Positions 26,886 through 36,088 of a stretch of DNA of 64,000 nucleotides are shown here, in pieces. Origin of the DNA: a bacterium (lineage in GTDB: Bacteria; UBA8248). Position 1 is the stretch's first letter. Each line of letters starts with the position of its first letter. The position numbers were made by a program, and so were the translations under genes. The notes below the pieces were generated by a model that saw only the letters and a list, made by a program, of their open reading frames with translations, was not told where the DNA came from and made no database searches. The stretch spans positions 2,688,001 through 2,752,000 of the forward strand of contig OZ253442.1 in the NCBI GenBank assembly GCA_965261085.1, read 5' to 3'.

Positions 26886-28520
26886 ATGGCACAAGCCAAG
26901 GAGGGAGGAAAAGGAACCCCCTCACGTGCGAATATAGGAACGGAAAAAACGTTTGGTCTAGACAAACTGGGTCTCAAAAATATTGGAATCGTTTACCGAA
27001 ATCTTCCCATCGCAGAATTGAATGAAATGGCGGTTGCGCGCGGCGAAGGATACCTCGCCACCAATGGCGCGCTCGTGGTCCATACCGGCAAATTCTCGGG
27101 TCGCTCCCCAAAGGATAAATTCACAGTAGACCAGGAACCTTCCAACGAGAAGATATGGTGGGGACCCATCAACCAGAAAATATCGACCGAAAACTGGGAC
27201 AACATTTTCCAGAAAATAGCCAGCTATGCCCAGAAGCGCGACCTTTTCATTTTCGACGGTTTTGTAGGAAACGACCCGAGATACAAGCTCCCCGTGCGCG
27301 TTATTTCCGAACAGGCGTGGCACTCGATGTTCTGCCAGACCCTCCTTGTGCGCCCCAAACCCGGTGAACTGGAAAATCACGAAAACCCCTTCACGGTGAT
27401 CGATATGGGCAGGTTCCTGGGAGCAGGGCCGGCGGAGGGACTCCGGCAAGATAATTTTACGCTGGTGAATTTTGAGAAGAACATGGCGCTCATCGGCGGC
27501 TCGGAATACGCCGGGGAAATGAAGAAATCCGCTTTTTTCATCATGAATTACCTTCTTCCGCAAAAAGGCGTTTTCCCGATGCACTGCTCAGCCAATATGG
27601 GCCACGACGGGGATACGGCGCTTTTCTTTGGGCTTTCCGGCACGGGCAAAACCACGTTGTCCGCCGATGTGAACCGACAGCTCATCGGTGACGACGAGCA
27701 CGGGTGGTCGGATTCGGGCATCTTTAATTTCGAAGGCGGGTGCTACGCGAAAACAATCAATTTAACGAGAGAGGAAGAGCCCCAGATTTGGGATGCGATC
27801 CGGTTTGGGTCCGTTCTCGAAAACGTCATCGTCGACCACGAAACGCGGGAGATCGACTATGACGACATGTCGATAACGGAAAACACGCGCGCCACCTACC
27901 CTACGCATTTCATCGACAATTGCGTGCTCTCAGGCATGGGCGGGCACCCGAAAAACGTATTCTTCCTTACTTGCGACGCATTCGGCGTCCTGCCCCCCAT
28001 CAGCAAACTCACGCCCGAGCAGGCCGCCTACCATTTCCTCTCCGGCTATACGGCGAAAGTGGCGGGCACCGAGGCGGGCGTCGATGAGCCGATGGCCACG
28101 TTCAGCAGTTGTTTCGGAGAACCCTTCCTGGCCTTACACCCCGCCGAATACGGCGAAATGCTCAGGGACAGGCTCAAGAAGCACGACGCGCAAGTCTGGC
28201 TCGTCAACACGGGCTGGATCGGCGGCGACGCCGGGGAAGTCGACAGAATGCCCCTGCATCATACGCGCGCGCTCTTGACGGCCGCCTTAACGGGCGAGCT
28301 CGCCAAGGTTCCCACCCAGGACGTGCCGATATTCGATCTCCATGTTCCCATAAGTTGTCCCGATGTGCCCGAGGAATTCATGGTCCCCAGAAAGCTCTGG
28401 AAAGACCCTGGAAAATACAACCAGAAAATACGCGAGCTCGCCGGAGCGTTCCGGGAGAATTTTGAGCAGTTCGCGGATCGGGTGACGCCGGACGTCGCGG
28501 CGGCCGGCCCGAATATCTAG
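26886..28520 (+). CDS. pckA: Phosphoenolpyruvate carboxykinase (ATP)
   Basis: GRSPKDKF, YAGEMKK, GLSGTGKTTLS, LIGDDEHGW, FNFEGGCYAK. Confidence 0.97.
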   Translation: MAQAKEGGKGTPSRANIGTEKTFGLDKLGLKNIGIVYRNLPIAELNEMAVARGEGYLATNGALVVHTGKFSGRSPKDKFTVDQEPSNEKIWWGPINQKISTENWDNIFQKIASYAQKRDLFIFDGFVGNDPRYKLPVRVISEQAWHSMFCQTLLVRPKPGELENHENPFTVIDMGRFLGAGPAEGLRQDNFTLVNFEKNMALIGGSEYAGEMKKSAFFIMNYLLPQKGVFPMHCSANMGHDGDTALFFGLSGTGKTTLSADVNRQLIGDDEHGWSDSGIFNFEGGCYAKTINLTREEEPQIWDAIRFGSVLENVIVDHETREIDYDDMSITENTRATYPTHFIDNCVLSGMGGHPKNVFFLTCDAFGVLPPISKLTPEQAAYHFLSGYTAKVAGTEAGVDEPMATFSSCFGEPFLALHPAEYGEMLRDRLKKHDAQVWLVNTGWIGGDAGEVDRMPLHHTRALLTAALTGELAKVPTQDVPIFDLHVPISCPDVPEEFMVPRKLWKDPGKYNQKIRELAGAFRENFEQFADRVTPDVAAAGPNI

Positions 28521-28568
28521 GAGTTCATACCCGACGAGTCGAGTTCACATTCCAAAGGAGGTATTCCA

Positions 28569-28754
28569 ATGCCCGTTGTTCAAGTAAGCTTGCTGTCTGG
28601 AAGATCGAAAGAGACGAAAAGCGCGATGGCGGATGAAATTACCGAGACGGTTCACAAGCACTCAGGCGCCCCTAAAGACGTCATCACGGTCATATTTCAG
28701 GATATCGAAACGGACTCATGGGCGGCTGGTGGAACGCTTTACGCAGACAAATAA
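28569..28754 (+). CDS. 4-oxalocrotonate tautomerase family protein
   Basis: N-terminal catalytic Pro, GRS, WAAGG; 61 aa; AAGGAGG RBS. Confidence 0.9.
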   Translation: MPVVQVSLLSGRSKETKSAMADEITETVHKHSGAPKDVITVIFQDIETDSWAAGGTLYADK

Positions 28755-28788
28755 AGCCGAACATCCTTTCATGTAAGGAGGGGCCGAG

Positions 28789-29646
28789 ATGGGCACCGAT
28801 AATTTCAGGCTGGCGCTTGTGCAACCGATGGGATATCCCCCGCCCGAAGATGAGAAAAACGTGGCCGACGCCGTCCGGTATGTGGAAGACGCCGCCGCGC
28901 AGGGGGCCGATTTCGTCGCCTTCCCCGAATCGTATCCGGGTCCCTGGCGCATGCCGGCCACGTTCGACCCGACCGAGGCGATGGAGGAAGTGGCAAATCG
29001 CTGCGGCGTGTACGTCCAATACGGAACGCTCGAACCGCTGGATGACGAGAAGAAAACGGCGCACAACCTGCTGAATCTCGCTCGGCCCGCCGGCGGTCCC
29101 TCGGGCCGCTACCGCAGAACCCATCCCCCCGGCCCCTGGATTTACACCGGCGGCGGCATCTGGGAATTTCAGTACGTGGCGGGAAACGAATACCCCGTTT
29201 TCGAGACCCAGTACGGCCAGGTCGGTATGGCGATGTGCAGCGAAGTCTACATGCCCGAAGTGACGCGCGCCCTTTCGCTCAGGGGGGCCGAAATTATCTT
29301 CCTGCCCGCAGGCGTAGACAAGAAGAAGCTGTGGGGCACCTGGCGGAACCTCATCTGGTCGCGCGCGATAGAAAACCTGGCGATTGTCATCACCACGCAG
29401 AACCTTTTTGAAAAGAGTCATCGCGGCCTGGCGATGGTGGCGACGCCCGAGGAGATCGTATTCGAGAGCACGCGGGCCGGCATGTTCATGGTCGACGTGG
29501 ATCTGGAGAGAATCCGCGATCTTCGCGAACAACGAGACGAGGTGACCTCATCGGGCCAGAACGGAGCGAAGGCCGGCGTGCTGACCCAGTGGCAGAGGCC
29601 TGAGTTGTACGACAAATTCTTCCCTAAAGAAGGCGCAGCCAGTTAA
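28789..29646 (+). CDS. Carbon-nitrogen hydrolase (nitrilase superfamily)
   Basis: FPE, YRRTHP (Arg where Lys is usual), MCSE, RAIEN. Confidence 0.88.
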   Translation: MGTDNFRLALVQPMGYPPPEDEKNVADAVRYVEDAAAQGADFVAFPESYPGPWRMPATFDPTEAMEEVANRCGVYVQYGTLEPLDDEKKTAHNLLNLARPAGGPSGRYRRTHPPGPWIYTGGGIWEFQYVAGNEYPVFETQYGQVGMAMCSEVYMPEVTRALSLRGAEIIFLPAGVDKKKLWGTWRNLIWSRAIENLAIVITTQNLFEKSHRGLAMVATPEEIVFESTRAGMFMVDVDLERIRDLREQRDEVTSSGQNGAKAGVLTQWQRPELYDKFFPKEGAAS

Positions 29647-29650
29647 TCAC

Positions 29651-29688
29651 AAGCACCCTCCGGGGCGCAGGCTCCGGGGGGTGTTTTT
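29651..29688 (+). terminator. Rho-independent terminator
   Basis: GCACCCTCCGGGGC-GCAG-GCTCCGGGGGGTGT followed by TTTT. Confidence 0.8.
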
Positions 29689-29717
29689 CACAAAACATTT
29701 CCTCCTAGAAGATACGA

Positions 29718-30221
29718 ATGACGAACAGTAATTTCTGGCTACTTTACGTCCATATACTGGCGGCCTGTCTGTATGAGGGCGCGCTCGTTTTTTTCTGGAT
29801 CCTCATGGGACATTTGAGGCGAAGGCTCTCACCTGAAGAATTTGCGGGCGAAGTCACCTCCATACTGCGCTTTTATCATCCCTTTATTCTGATATGTATG
29901 GGTGTGCTCATCATGACGGGCGCCTGGTATCTCACGGGCCTGAAAATGGCGATGGGCCCCTCTTTCGGCAAACTCTTCGTACCGCTGGGCCTCAAGCTGC
30001 TCACGGTCTTCCTGATGATGATGGGAATCAGCTTTCAGTTCTTCGCAGTGGGCTTAAGACTGACGCGTGGGACGGGCCCCGCCGGAAACGGGCGCCCCAT
30101 TGGCGATACGACGGATGAGCGCATGAAGCTGCTCAAGACGCTCGAGCGCGTGAACCTTGCGAACGCGGTGCTCGCCCTGTTCGCCATCTTCTTTGGTCTC
30201 GCGCTGAATAAGGGTTTTTAG
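29718..30221 (+). CDS. Membrane protein (CopD/DUF4149-like, 4 TM)
   Basis: HILAA in TM1, ILICMGVLIMTG, LKLL pattern. Confidence 0.6.
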   Translation: MTNSNFWLLYVHILAACLYEGALVFFWILMGHLRRRLSPEEFAGEVTSILRFYHPFILICMGVLIMTGAWYLTGLKMAMGPSFGKLFVPLGLKLLTVFLMMMGISFQFFAVGLRLTRGTGPAGNGRPIGDTTDERMKLLKTLERVNLANAVLALFAIFFGLALNKGF

Positions 30222-30333
30222 CAAATATTTACAAGGATTAGTTAACGTATTGCTTTAAATATATCAAGCTCTTTTAATTTATCGTTTTACCCCCTGAATT
30301 TATCGATATTTTCAGAATTGAAAAGAGCTTCTC

Positions 30334-31065
30334 ATGGCGACGGAAAAAGAGTTGGCGAGCGCCGCAGGCAGACGCCCGATAGGCAACGCCCAAGTCGCGC
30401 CACGCCGCTGGGAGGGTTTTGAGGGCGTCAGGCTTTCTGGCCCCAGAACCTCTCTGGAGCCGGTCGTGGCGGATCGCGACACGCCGGATATCTTCCGGGC
30501 CGCGACCGAGGGCGAGGATACCGAGCGGATATTCGATTATCTTGGCTACGGTCCTTTCTCCAATGAGGCCGAAGTACATGCCTGGCTGGTCGCCCGCCAA
30601 GCTTCCAAGGACCCGGTGTTCGTGGTCAATCGGGATAGAGAGACGGGCCGCCTCGGCGGAATGGGAAGTTTTATGGAAATCAGGCCCGCCGTGGGGGTCG
30701 CCGAAATCGGCCACATCTGGTTCGGGCGCGCCTGGCAGCGCAGCGTGCAAGCCACCGAGGTGCTCTCGCTCAAGATGCGCCACGTCCTGGAAACTCTCGG
30801 CTATCGCCGCCTGGAGTGGAAATGCAACGCGCTGAACGCAGCCTCGCGCGCCGCGGCCCTGCGTCTGGGTTTTCGCTATGAGGGAATTTTCCTGAACCAT
30901 GTGATCGTCAAAGGACGCAGCCGCGACACCGCCTGGTTCTCCATCACGCAGGAGGAATGGCCCGCCGTCCGCGAGGCCCACGCCCGCTGGCTCGCGCCGG
31001 ATAATTTCGACGCCCAAGGCGGACAGAAATGCTCTCTGAGCGACCTCACCCGCGCGCTTTGGTGA
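30334..31065 (+). CDS. GNAT (RimJ/RimL-type) acetyltransferase
   Basis: EIGHIW, LGYRRLEWKCNALNAASRAAALRLGF, KGRSRDTAWFS. Confidence 0.92.
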   Translation: MATEKELASAAGRRPIGNAQVAPRRWEGFEGVRLSGPRTSLEPVVADRDTPDIFRAATEGEDTERIFDYLGYGPFSNEAEVHAWLVARQASKDPVFVVNRDRETGRLGGMGSFMEIRPAVGVAEIGHIWFGRAWQRSVQATEVLSLKMRHVLETLGYRRLEWKCNALNAASRAAALRLGFRYEGIFLNHVIVKGRSRDTAWFSITQEEWPAVREAHARWLAPDNFDAQGGQKCSLSDLTRALW

Positions 31066-31130
31066 GGGCGGGTTTGCCTTGAACGAGAGGCGCGCGCGCA
31101 TGCTTTGCTGTTCAACTCTCTGTTTACACT

Positions 31131-31158
31131 CGTCATTCCGGCGAATGCCGGAATCCAG
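31131..31158 (+). repeat. REP-like palindrome (GTCATTCCGGC-GAAT-GCCGGAATCCAG)
   Basis: Perfect ATTCCGGC/GCCGGAAT stem with CGTC head and CCAG tail, a shape typical of dispersed extragenic palindromes. Confidence 0.6.
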
Positions 31159-31199
31159 AAACGATGAGGGGGGATACTATTTTTTTGTGCCGATGCTAG

Positions 31200-31325
31200 A
31201 AAATCGAAGAAAACAAGAGTATTGTCACCGATGGCGGATATAGCGATTTCGTTGCCAGTGAAAACTTCGGAACATGGTTTAATTCCATTGGTGTCTGGGG
31301 ACCGGATCCATACACAGTAAAATAA
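31200..31325 (+). pseudogene. Probable 3' remnant of an unknown gene (41 codons, no start codon)
   Basis: Open frame KIEENKSIVTDGGYSDFVASENFGTWFNSIGVWGPDPYTVK*, low GC like the next gene, ending 20 bp before it. Confidence 0.35.
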
Positions 31326-31345
31326 GTCTCATCTCGGAGACCATC

Positions 31346-32839
31346 ATGGGAAAGAAAACTATCTTCGCGATTAACACAGAAGTGCCAGGCGAAAACACTT
31401 CCGAAGTCAATTATCGTTCCAACCAAACATTGTTGGACGCCGATATTATTTTGTTCACTCCTAGCCTAGAAATCGGTTGGTCTAATGAGACTTACCAAGG
31501 TAAACCGCTTCTTTCGGAGCACAAGTCGTTTGCAGCATTAGAACAAACACGCCATTGGGAAAAAGAGATCACCACAGCAGTCAATGCGGGAAAATTGGTT
31601 GTCGTTTATTTGGCGAAACCGGAAGAATGTTTTCGGTATACCGGTGAAAAACGAACTTCAGGCACTGGCCGGAATCAGAAAGTCACCAATATTGTTACAG
31701 AAATAAATTCTTACGACGCACTACCAGCAATAGATTCTTATTCAACGGTGACAGGTGCGAAGATAAAAATTGCTAAGACAGGATCAATCATTGCGCCATA
31801 TTGGGATGAGTTTGCGGATTACACATCCTATCGCACTAAAATAGAAGGGAAGTTTTCCGAAGTCTTACTAGAATCAGGGGTGGGGAGTAGAGTTGTAGGC
31901 GCAATGACGAGGTCGAAGGGTGGTGGTGCTCTTCTCTTTCTTCCACCAGTTGATTTCAGAATAGCTGAGTTCCTTGAGGAATATGACGAGGACTACGATG
32001 TCTGGAACGAGGCCGGTTTGCAAGCAGGCAAGAGATTCGTGGTAGCCATAATTTCACTTGCAGAAGCGATATCTGTCAATAGAACTATGACCCCACCGCC
32101 TGATTGGGCATCTGGTAACCAATATCGTTTGCCGAATGAAAGACATCTTGAAGCCGAGATTACTCAAGTTTCCGAAAAAATAACGCACCTCGAAGAGGCA
32201 AAGAACACACTTCAACAAGATCTAGCAGCCGCAGGTGGCTCCAGGCATCTTTTATTTGAAAAAGGCACACCGCTTGAAGATGCCATTCTAGTGAGTTTGA
32301 AGCTAATGGGCTTCAAAGCGAGTGGATTTGACGACGGCAAATCCGAATTCGATGCGGTTTTTTCCGCTCCTGAGGGAAGATTTATTGGTGAAGCTGAAGG
32401 TCGCGACAATAGAGCTATTAGCATAGATAAATTTAGCCAGTTAGAACGCAACTTGCATGAAGATTTCAGCCGCGATGAAATCGACGAAATGGCAAAAGGG
32501 GTATTGTTCGGCAATGGCTATCGGTTAGAACCACCAGAAGAACGCTCTGACATTTTCACCGAAAAATGCTTAACGGCGGCGAAAAGAGCCGGAATTGCAT
32601 TGGTTCGGACACCAGACATGTTCGAGCTAACAAGATATCTTAAAGAACATCCTGAAGATCAAGATTACGCGACGGCCTGCCGAAGAGCGATAGCCGATAC
32701 AGAGGGCACGATTGTCGAATTTCCTACGCCCCCGATCGAGAAAGCAGCAAAGATTGCAGAGAAAAACGCTAATATCATAAACGACACAAGCGACGAAATA
32801 TTTGGGGCTGCTCAGGTCAACACAGACGGAAAAGCCTAA
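31346..32839 (+). CDS. Low-GC hypothetical protein: unknown N-terminal domain, coiled coil, C-terminal restriction-endonuclease-like (PD-D/ExK-type) domain
   Basis: Heptad region LEAEITQVSEKITHLEEAKNTL; LE...MGF...EFDAVF...IGEAEG...FSQL...KGVLFGN. Confidence 0.6.
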   Translation: MGKKTIFAINTEVPGENTSEVNYRSNQTLLDADIILFTPSLEIGWSNETYQGKPLLSEHKSFAALEQTRHWEKEITTAVNAGKLVVVYLAKPEECFRYTGEKRTSGTGRNQKVTNIVTEINSYDALPAIDSYSTVTGAKIKIAKTGSIIAPYWDEFADYTSYRTKIEGKFSEVLLESGVGSRVVGAMTRSKGGGALLFLPPVDFRIAEFLEEYDEDYDVWNEAGLQAGKRFVVAIISLAEAISVNRTMTPPPDWASGNQYRLPNERHLEAEITQVSEKITHLEEAKNTLQQDLAAAGGSRHLLFEKGTPLEDAILVSLKLMGFKASGFDDGKSEFDAVFSAPEGRFIGEAEGRDNRAISIDKFSQLERNLHEDFSRDEIDEMAKGVLFGNGYRLEPPEERSDIFTEKCLTAAKRAGIALVRTPDMFELTRYLKEHPEDQDYATACRRAIADTEGTIVEFPTPPIEKAAKIAEKNANIINDTSDEIFGAAQVNTDGKA

Positions 32840-32914
32840 TCAATTCTATTTCTTATTTCATGCGCAACATATCAGCACGGCTTAGATTACAAGGATTCCC
32901 TTACCTTCTTCCCA

Positions 32915-33766
32915 TCAGGTCGAATGGGGCGCCTCGGCGGCGCACCGAAAGCCGATGTAGCCGTGCCCCGTCGCCTGTCTTCCGGGCATCACGACTTCCC
33001 GGCTCGTGGCCGTCATGCCGTCCGGCGCACTCGCCGAATTGCCGCCCCGCACCACGCGCGCATCCACCGCGCTTAAGCTCTCGCGGCCGTCTTTGGGCTT
33101 GTAGGGGTAATGCATCGCGAGCGAGGCCGTCCACTCCCACACCTGCCCCGCCATGTCGTTCACCCCGTATGGGCTCGCGCCCTTGGGGTAGCTGCCCACG
33201 ACCGCCGTCTGGCCCCTGAAATCCCCCATAAGGAGGTATTCTCCCGATGGCTTCTGGTTGCCCCACGGGTAGAGGCGTCCGTCGTCTCCGCGCGCCGCCT
33301 TTTCCCATTGCGCCTCGCTGGGTAGCTTCTTTTTCTTCCAGTGGCAGTAGGCCACGGCCCCGGCCCAGGCCATCTCGCTTGCCGGGAGTTTTTCAAAACC
33401 TTTCTCGACGACCCAGGCGTCGCCCTTGGGAATGATCTTGGCGTCCGGGTCGTCCGTATCCAGGTACATCTCCCCTTTCGGTCCCTCCGGGCCCCTCTCT
33501 TGAATGAAGGGGAGATAATCCGCCCATGTCACCAGATTCCGGTCGATGTAGTAAGCGGGAAGAAACACGCGGTGCGCGGGTTTTTCCTCGTAAGGACCAT
33601 CGTTCCTGCCCATCGTGAACGGTCCGGCGGGGATGAGCACCATACCGGCATATCTGCCCTTGCCCATCTTTATTCGTGAAGCGGCGAGTCCGTTTTGAGC
33701 AAACGTGAGGGTCAAGCCGGAGGCGAGGATAGTAATCCAAAGGCTGTTTCGCATCCATTTTTTCAT
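32915..33766 (-). CDS. Exported FGE/SUMF1-sulfatase domain protein
   Basis: Signal peptide, FTMG, LPSEAQWEKAARG, MAGQVWEW, GFRC; no CxxxxC. Confidence 0.9.
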   Translation of the reverse strand: MKKWMRNSLWITILASGLTLTFAQNGLAASRIKMGKGRYAGMVLIPAGPFTMGRNDGPYEEKPAHRVFLPAYYIDRNLVTWADYLPFIQERGPEGPKGEMYLDTDDPDAKIIPKGDAWVVEKGFEKLPASEMAWAGAVAYCHWKKKKLPSEAQWEKAARGDDGRLYPWGNQKPSGEYLLMGDFRGQTAVVGSYPKGASPYGVNDMAGQVWEWTASLAMHYPYKPKDGRESLSAVDARVVRGGNSASAPDGMTATSREVVMPGRQATGHGYIGFRCAAEAPHST

Positions 33767-33799
33767 GGCAGCGCTCCTGAGATAGTTATCTATAAAACC

Positions 33800-34519
33800 C
33801 TACTCTCCCTGCGGCGGCCAGATGCGGCTTGCCGCCAGAGGCGAGCCGGGGGGATGCACGAGGTATCCATGCACGCGCTTCGTCCATTCGGTCTCTTCGA
33901 GCGCGATGTAGTTCTCCTCACGCGCTTCGAGCGATGTGAACTCATAGAGCACCGAATGCTTGGGCGAACCCGTCGCCACGAGGTATTTTCTCGCGCCGAT
34001 GCAGCCGGGCGTATCCGCGACTCGCGCCATGCGCTCCTGGGCGTACCATGCCTCCAGATCCTCATCGTTGCCCTGCGCCTCGTAGCGGCCCATCTGCATC
34101 GCGGGCGCCATGACGTCGGGCGCTTCTCTCTTGTCTGCGTCCGGGCCTTCCACCCGCCATTCCTCGCAGAGGATAAGTCCCCTCGCCTGAATTCGCATCC
34201 CTGTCATCGCGCGGGTTTCCGCGTTTTGGCGTTCTTTTAATTGCGCCGGGCTGGGGTCGTAGAAAACACGGGTGGATTCCCCACCGAATAGCGCGATGAA
34301 TCCCGCTCCCGATGCAAGCTGCGGATCGTCGGTGCGGTTCAGGCGCGCCGCTATTTTTTCAAAGCGCTCGCCAGGATGCTTCACCTCATAGTGCGCCGCC
34401 CAGGTGTAGCCCGGACGAGTAAGTTTTTCGGGGATGTGGACTCCGTGGTACCAGTCCATGTATTCATCCCGTCCCTCCTCGGGCAGATCGTAGATGATCG
34501 CCCATACCGCCCTGTCCAT
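33800..34519 (-). CDS. Conserved hypothetical protein with two dimeric alpha-beta barrel (EthD/DUF4286-like) repeats
   Basis: Repeated motifs WYHGVHIPE..PG and WYAQERMAR..PG; ATG at 34519 after GGAGG. Confidence 0.6.
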   Translation of the reverse strand: MDRAVWAIIYDLPEEGRDEYMDWYHGVHIPEKLTRPGYTWAAHYEVKHPGERFEKIAARLNRTDDPQLASGAGFIALFGGESTRVFYDPSPAQLKERQNAETRAMTGMRIQARGLILCEEWRVEGPDADKREAPDVMAPAMQMGRYEAQGNDEDLEAWYAQERMARVADTPGCIGARKYLVATGSPKHSVLYEFTSLEAREENYIALEETEWTKRVHGYLVHPPGSPLAASRIWPPQGE

Positions 34520-34589
34520 ATTCAGCCTCCGTTTACGCAAGAATGATTCATGAATGAAAAGGATGCGAAGGCGATTGGTCTCGCCTCCC

Positions 34590-34937
34590 CTACACTCCCG
34601 ACGTCTCGGGTTTACAGGCTACGGCCTTCAGGTCTTGCTGCGTGAAAAGAGGTTTGCAGACTTTGTCCATATGCGCCTTGAGGGGCGGATAGGTTGTCAT
34701 TTCGTAATTTTTCACGTCCACGCTGAACGGCAAGTTGCTCTCGTGGAACATGGTCCACAGGCGGTCGATATGCTTTTCCTTGATAGCGCCTCGCAGCACC
34801 AAGTCAACGTCCGAATTGGGCCGATAGTCGCCTGAGGCCCGCGAACCGAACAACTCGACCGAGGCGATCTCCTCGGCGTAATGCGAGAGAATCTGTTTCA
34901 AAACCATGAGCTGGCGGTCCGACAGTCCGTGATTCAT
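34590..34937 (-). CDS. Minimal nucleotidyltransferase (MNT antitoxin)
   Basis: LFGSRASGDYRPNSDVDL (GS-x10-DxD), LPFSVDV. Confidence 0.9.
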   Translation of the reverse strand: MNHGLSDRQLMVLKQILSHYAEEIASVELFGSRASGDYRPNSDVDLVLRGAIKEKHIDRLWTMFHESNLPFSVDVKNYEMTTYPPLKAHMDKVCKPLFTQQDLKAVACKPETSGV

Positions 34938-35068
34938 GGCTGCTCCCCTTCTTTTTCAAGCTGGCTCGGCTCTCTTTGGTCCATCATTTCAATGGCTTCG
35001 CGCAGCAAGGAAAAAGCGCGCTTGTAGTTGTCGAATCGGTATCTCCAGCGCGGGGTATCGTCGCTCAC
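34934..35068 (-). pseudogene. Internally deleted HI0074-family HEPN toxin (44 aa)
   Basis: GTG start; MSDDTPRWRYRFDNYKRAFSLLREAIEMMDQREPSQLEKEGEQP*; ATGA overlap with the MNT gene. Confidence 0.75.
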
Positions 35069-35277
35069 CTGGTTTTCCTCTCACTTGAGCGCTTGCAGGG
35101 CTTTCGACCCATATCAACCGGTGTCCTCAAGGAAACAACATGCTTCACGGAATGATGCGCGTCAAGTATATTGGTTTCTTATATTTTCGGCTGTAGATTC
35201 AAGGTTTGCATCTGATAATCATTGCGGCCGGCGGGATTTCTCAGGCATGCGCATTACGAATTTGGAGCCCATATCCT

Positions 35278-35907
35278 ATGATCTATGAAGTTCGCGCGTA
35301 CACGTTCACGGCAGGCGACGCCTCGGAAGGAGTGGAGGATTTCGGCAGGATCATCGAGAAAAGAGCCGCCATATCTCCTCTGGTCGGTTTTTTCATCTCC
35401 GCCATTGGTGGGCTGAACCGAATTCTGCACATCTGGGAGTATGAGAATTCCGCCCACCGGGAGGCGGCGCGCGCCGAAGCCCTCGCCCAGCCGTGGTGGC
35501 CGCCGCTCAAGGTGGATAAAATCCTCCACCAGCAGACACGCATCATGCGGCCGGCGCCTTTTCTCCCCAAACCTCGGGCGGGCGAGATGGGCGGCGTGTA
35601 TGAAATCAGAAGCGACGTGATGCGCACGGGCAAAATGAGGGCCATCAGCGCGGCTTGGGAGAAGAATCTCCCCCAAAGGGAGCGCCTCTCGCCCCTGGCG
35701 GCGGCGTTCGCCAACCCGGCGGGAGAGTTCGAGTCCGGCATCCTGAACGAGTTTTTGCACATCTGGCCCTACCAGGACATGAACCACTGGGCCGAGGTGC
35801 AAAGAGACGCCGCGAATCTCCCAGGTTGGGAGGAGGATTACAAACCTTATCTCCGTAGCGAGACTTCCGAGATATGGTATCCGGTGGATTATTCGCCCAT
35901 GAAATAG
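35278..35907 (+). CDS. NIPSNAP family protein (two domains)
   Basis: IYEVRAY..HIWEY and VYEIRSD..HIWPY; C-terminal YSPMK. Confidence 0.88.
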   Translation: MIYEVRAYTFTAGDASEGVEDFGRIIEKRAAISPLVGFFISAIGGLNRILHIWEYENSAHREAARAEALAQPWWPPLKVDKILHQQTRIMRPAPFLPKPRAGEMGGVYEIRSDVMRTGKMRAISAAWEKNLPQRERLSPLAAAFANPAGEFESGILNEFLHIWPYQDMNHWAEVQRDAANLPGWEEDYKPYLRSETSEIWYPVDYSPMK

Positions 35908-35938
35908 CGGGGAACGCATGCCCGCGCTCCCCGCTTTG
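35907..35938. terminator. Hairpin between the convergent NIPSNAP gene and tRNA
   Basis: GCGGGGAACGC-ATGCCC-GCGCTCCCCGC followed by TTT. Confidence 0.5.
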
Positions 35939-35949
35939 TCATGGATAAA

Positions 35950-36024
35950 TGGAGCGGGAAACGGGATTTGAACCCGCGACCCCAACGTTGGCAACGTTGT
36001 GCTCTACCACTGAGCTATTCCCGC
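35950..36024 (-). tRNA. tRNA-Gly(GCC)
   Basis: GCGGGAATAGCTCAGTGGTAGAGCACAACGTTGCCAACGTTGGGGTCGCGGGTTCAAATCCCGTTTCCCGCTCCA: full cloverleaf, GCC anticodon, encoded CCA. Confidence 0.97.
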
Positions 36025-36088
36025 AAACGGCAACGAAGAAGTTTACCCAACTGCGATCAAGAGTCAAGGGGCGATCGGAAATTCGTCT

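Noticed and set aside
30300-35950. tRNA-Gly-anchored integrative island
   Set aside because: Accessory-looking genes lie 3' of the tRNA, but no integrase and no convincing duplicate of the tRNA 3' end were found
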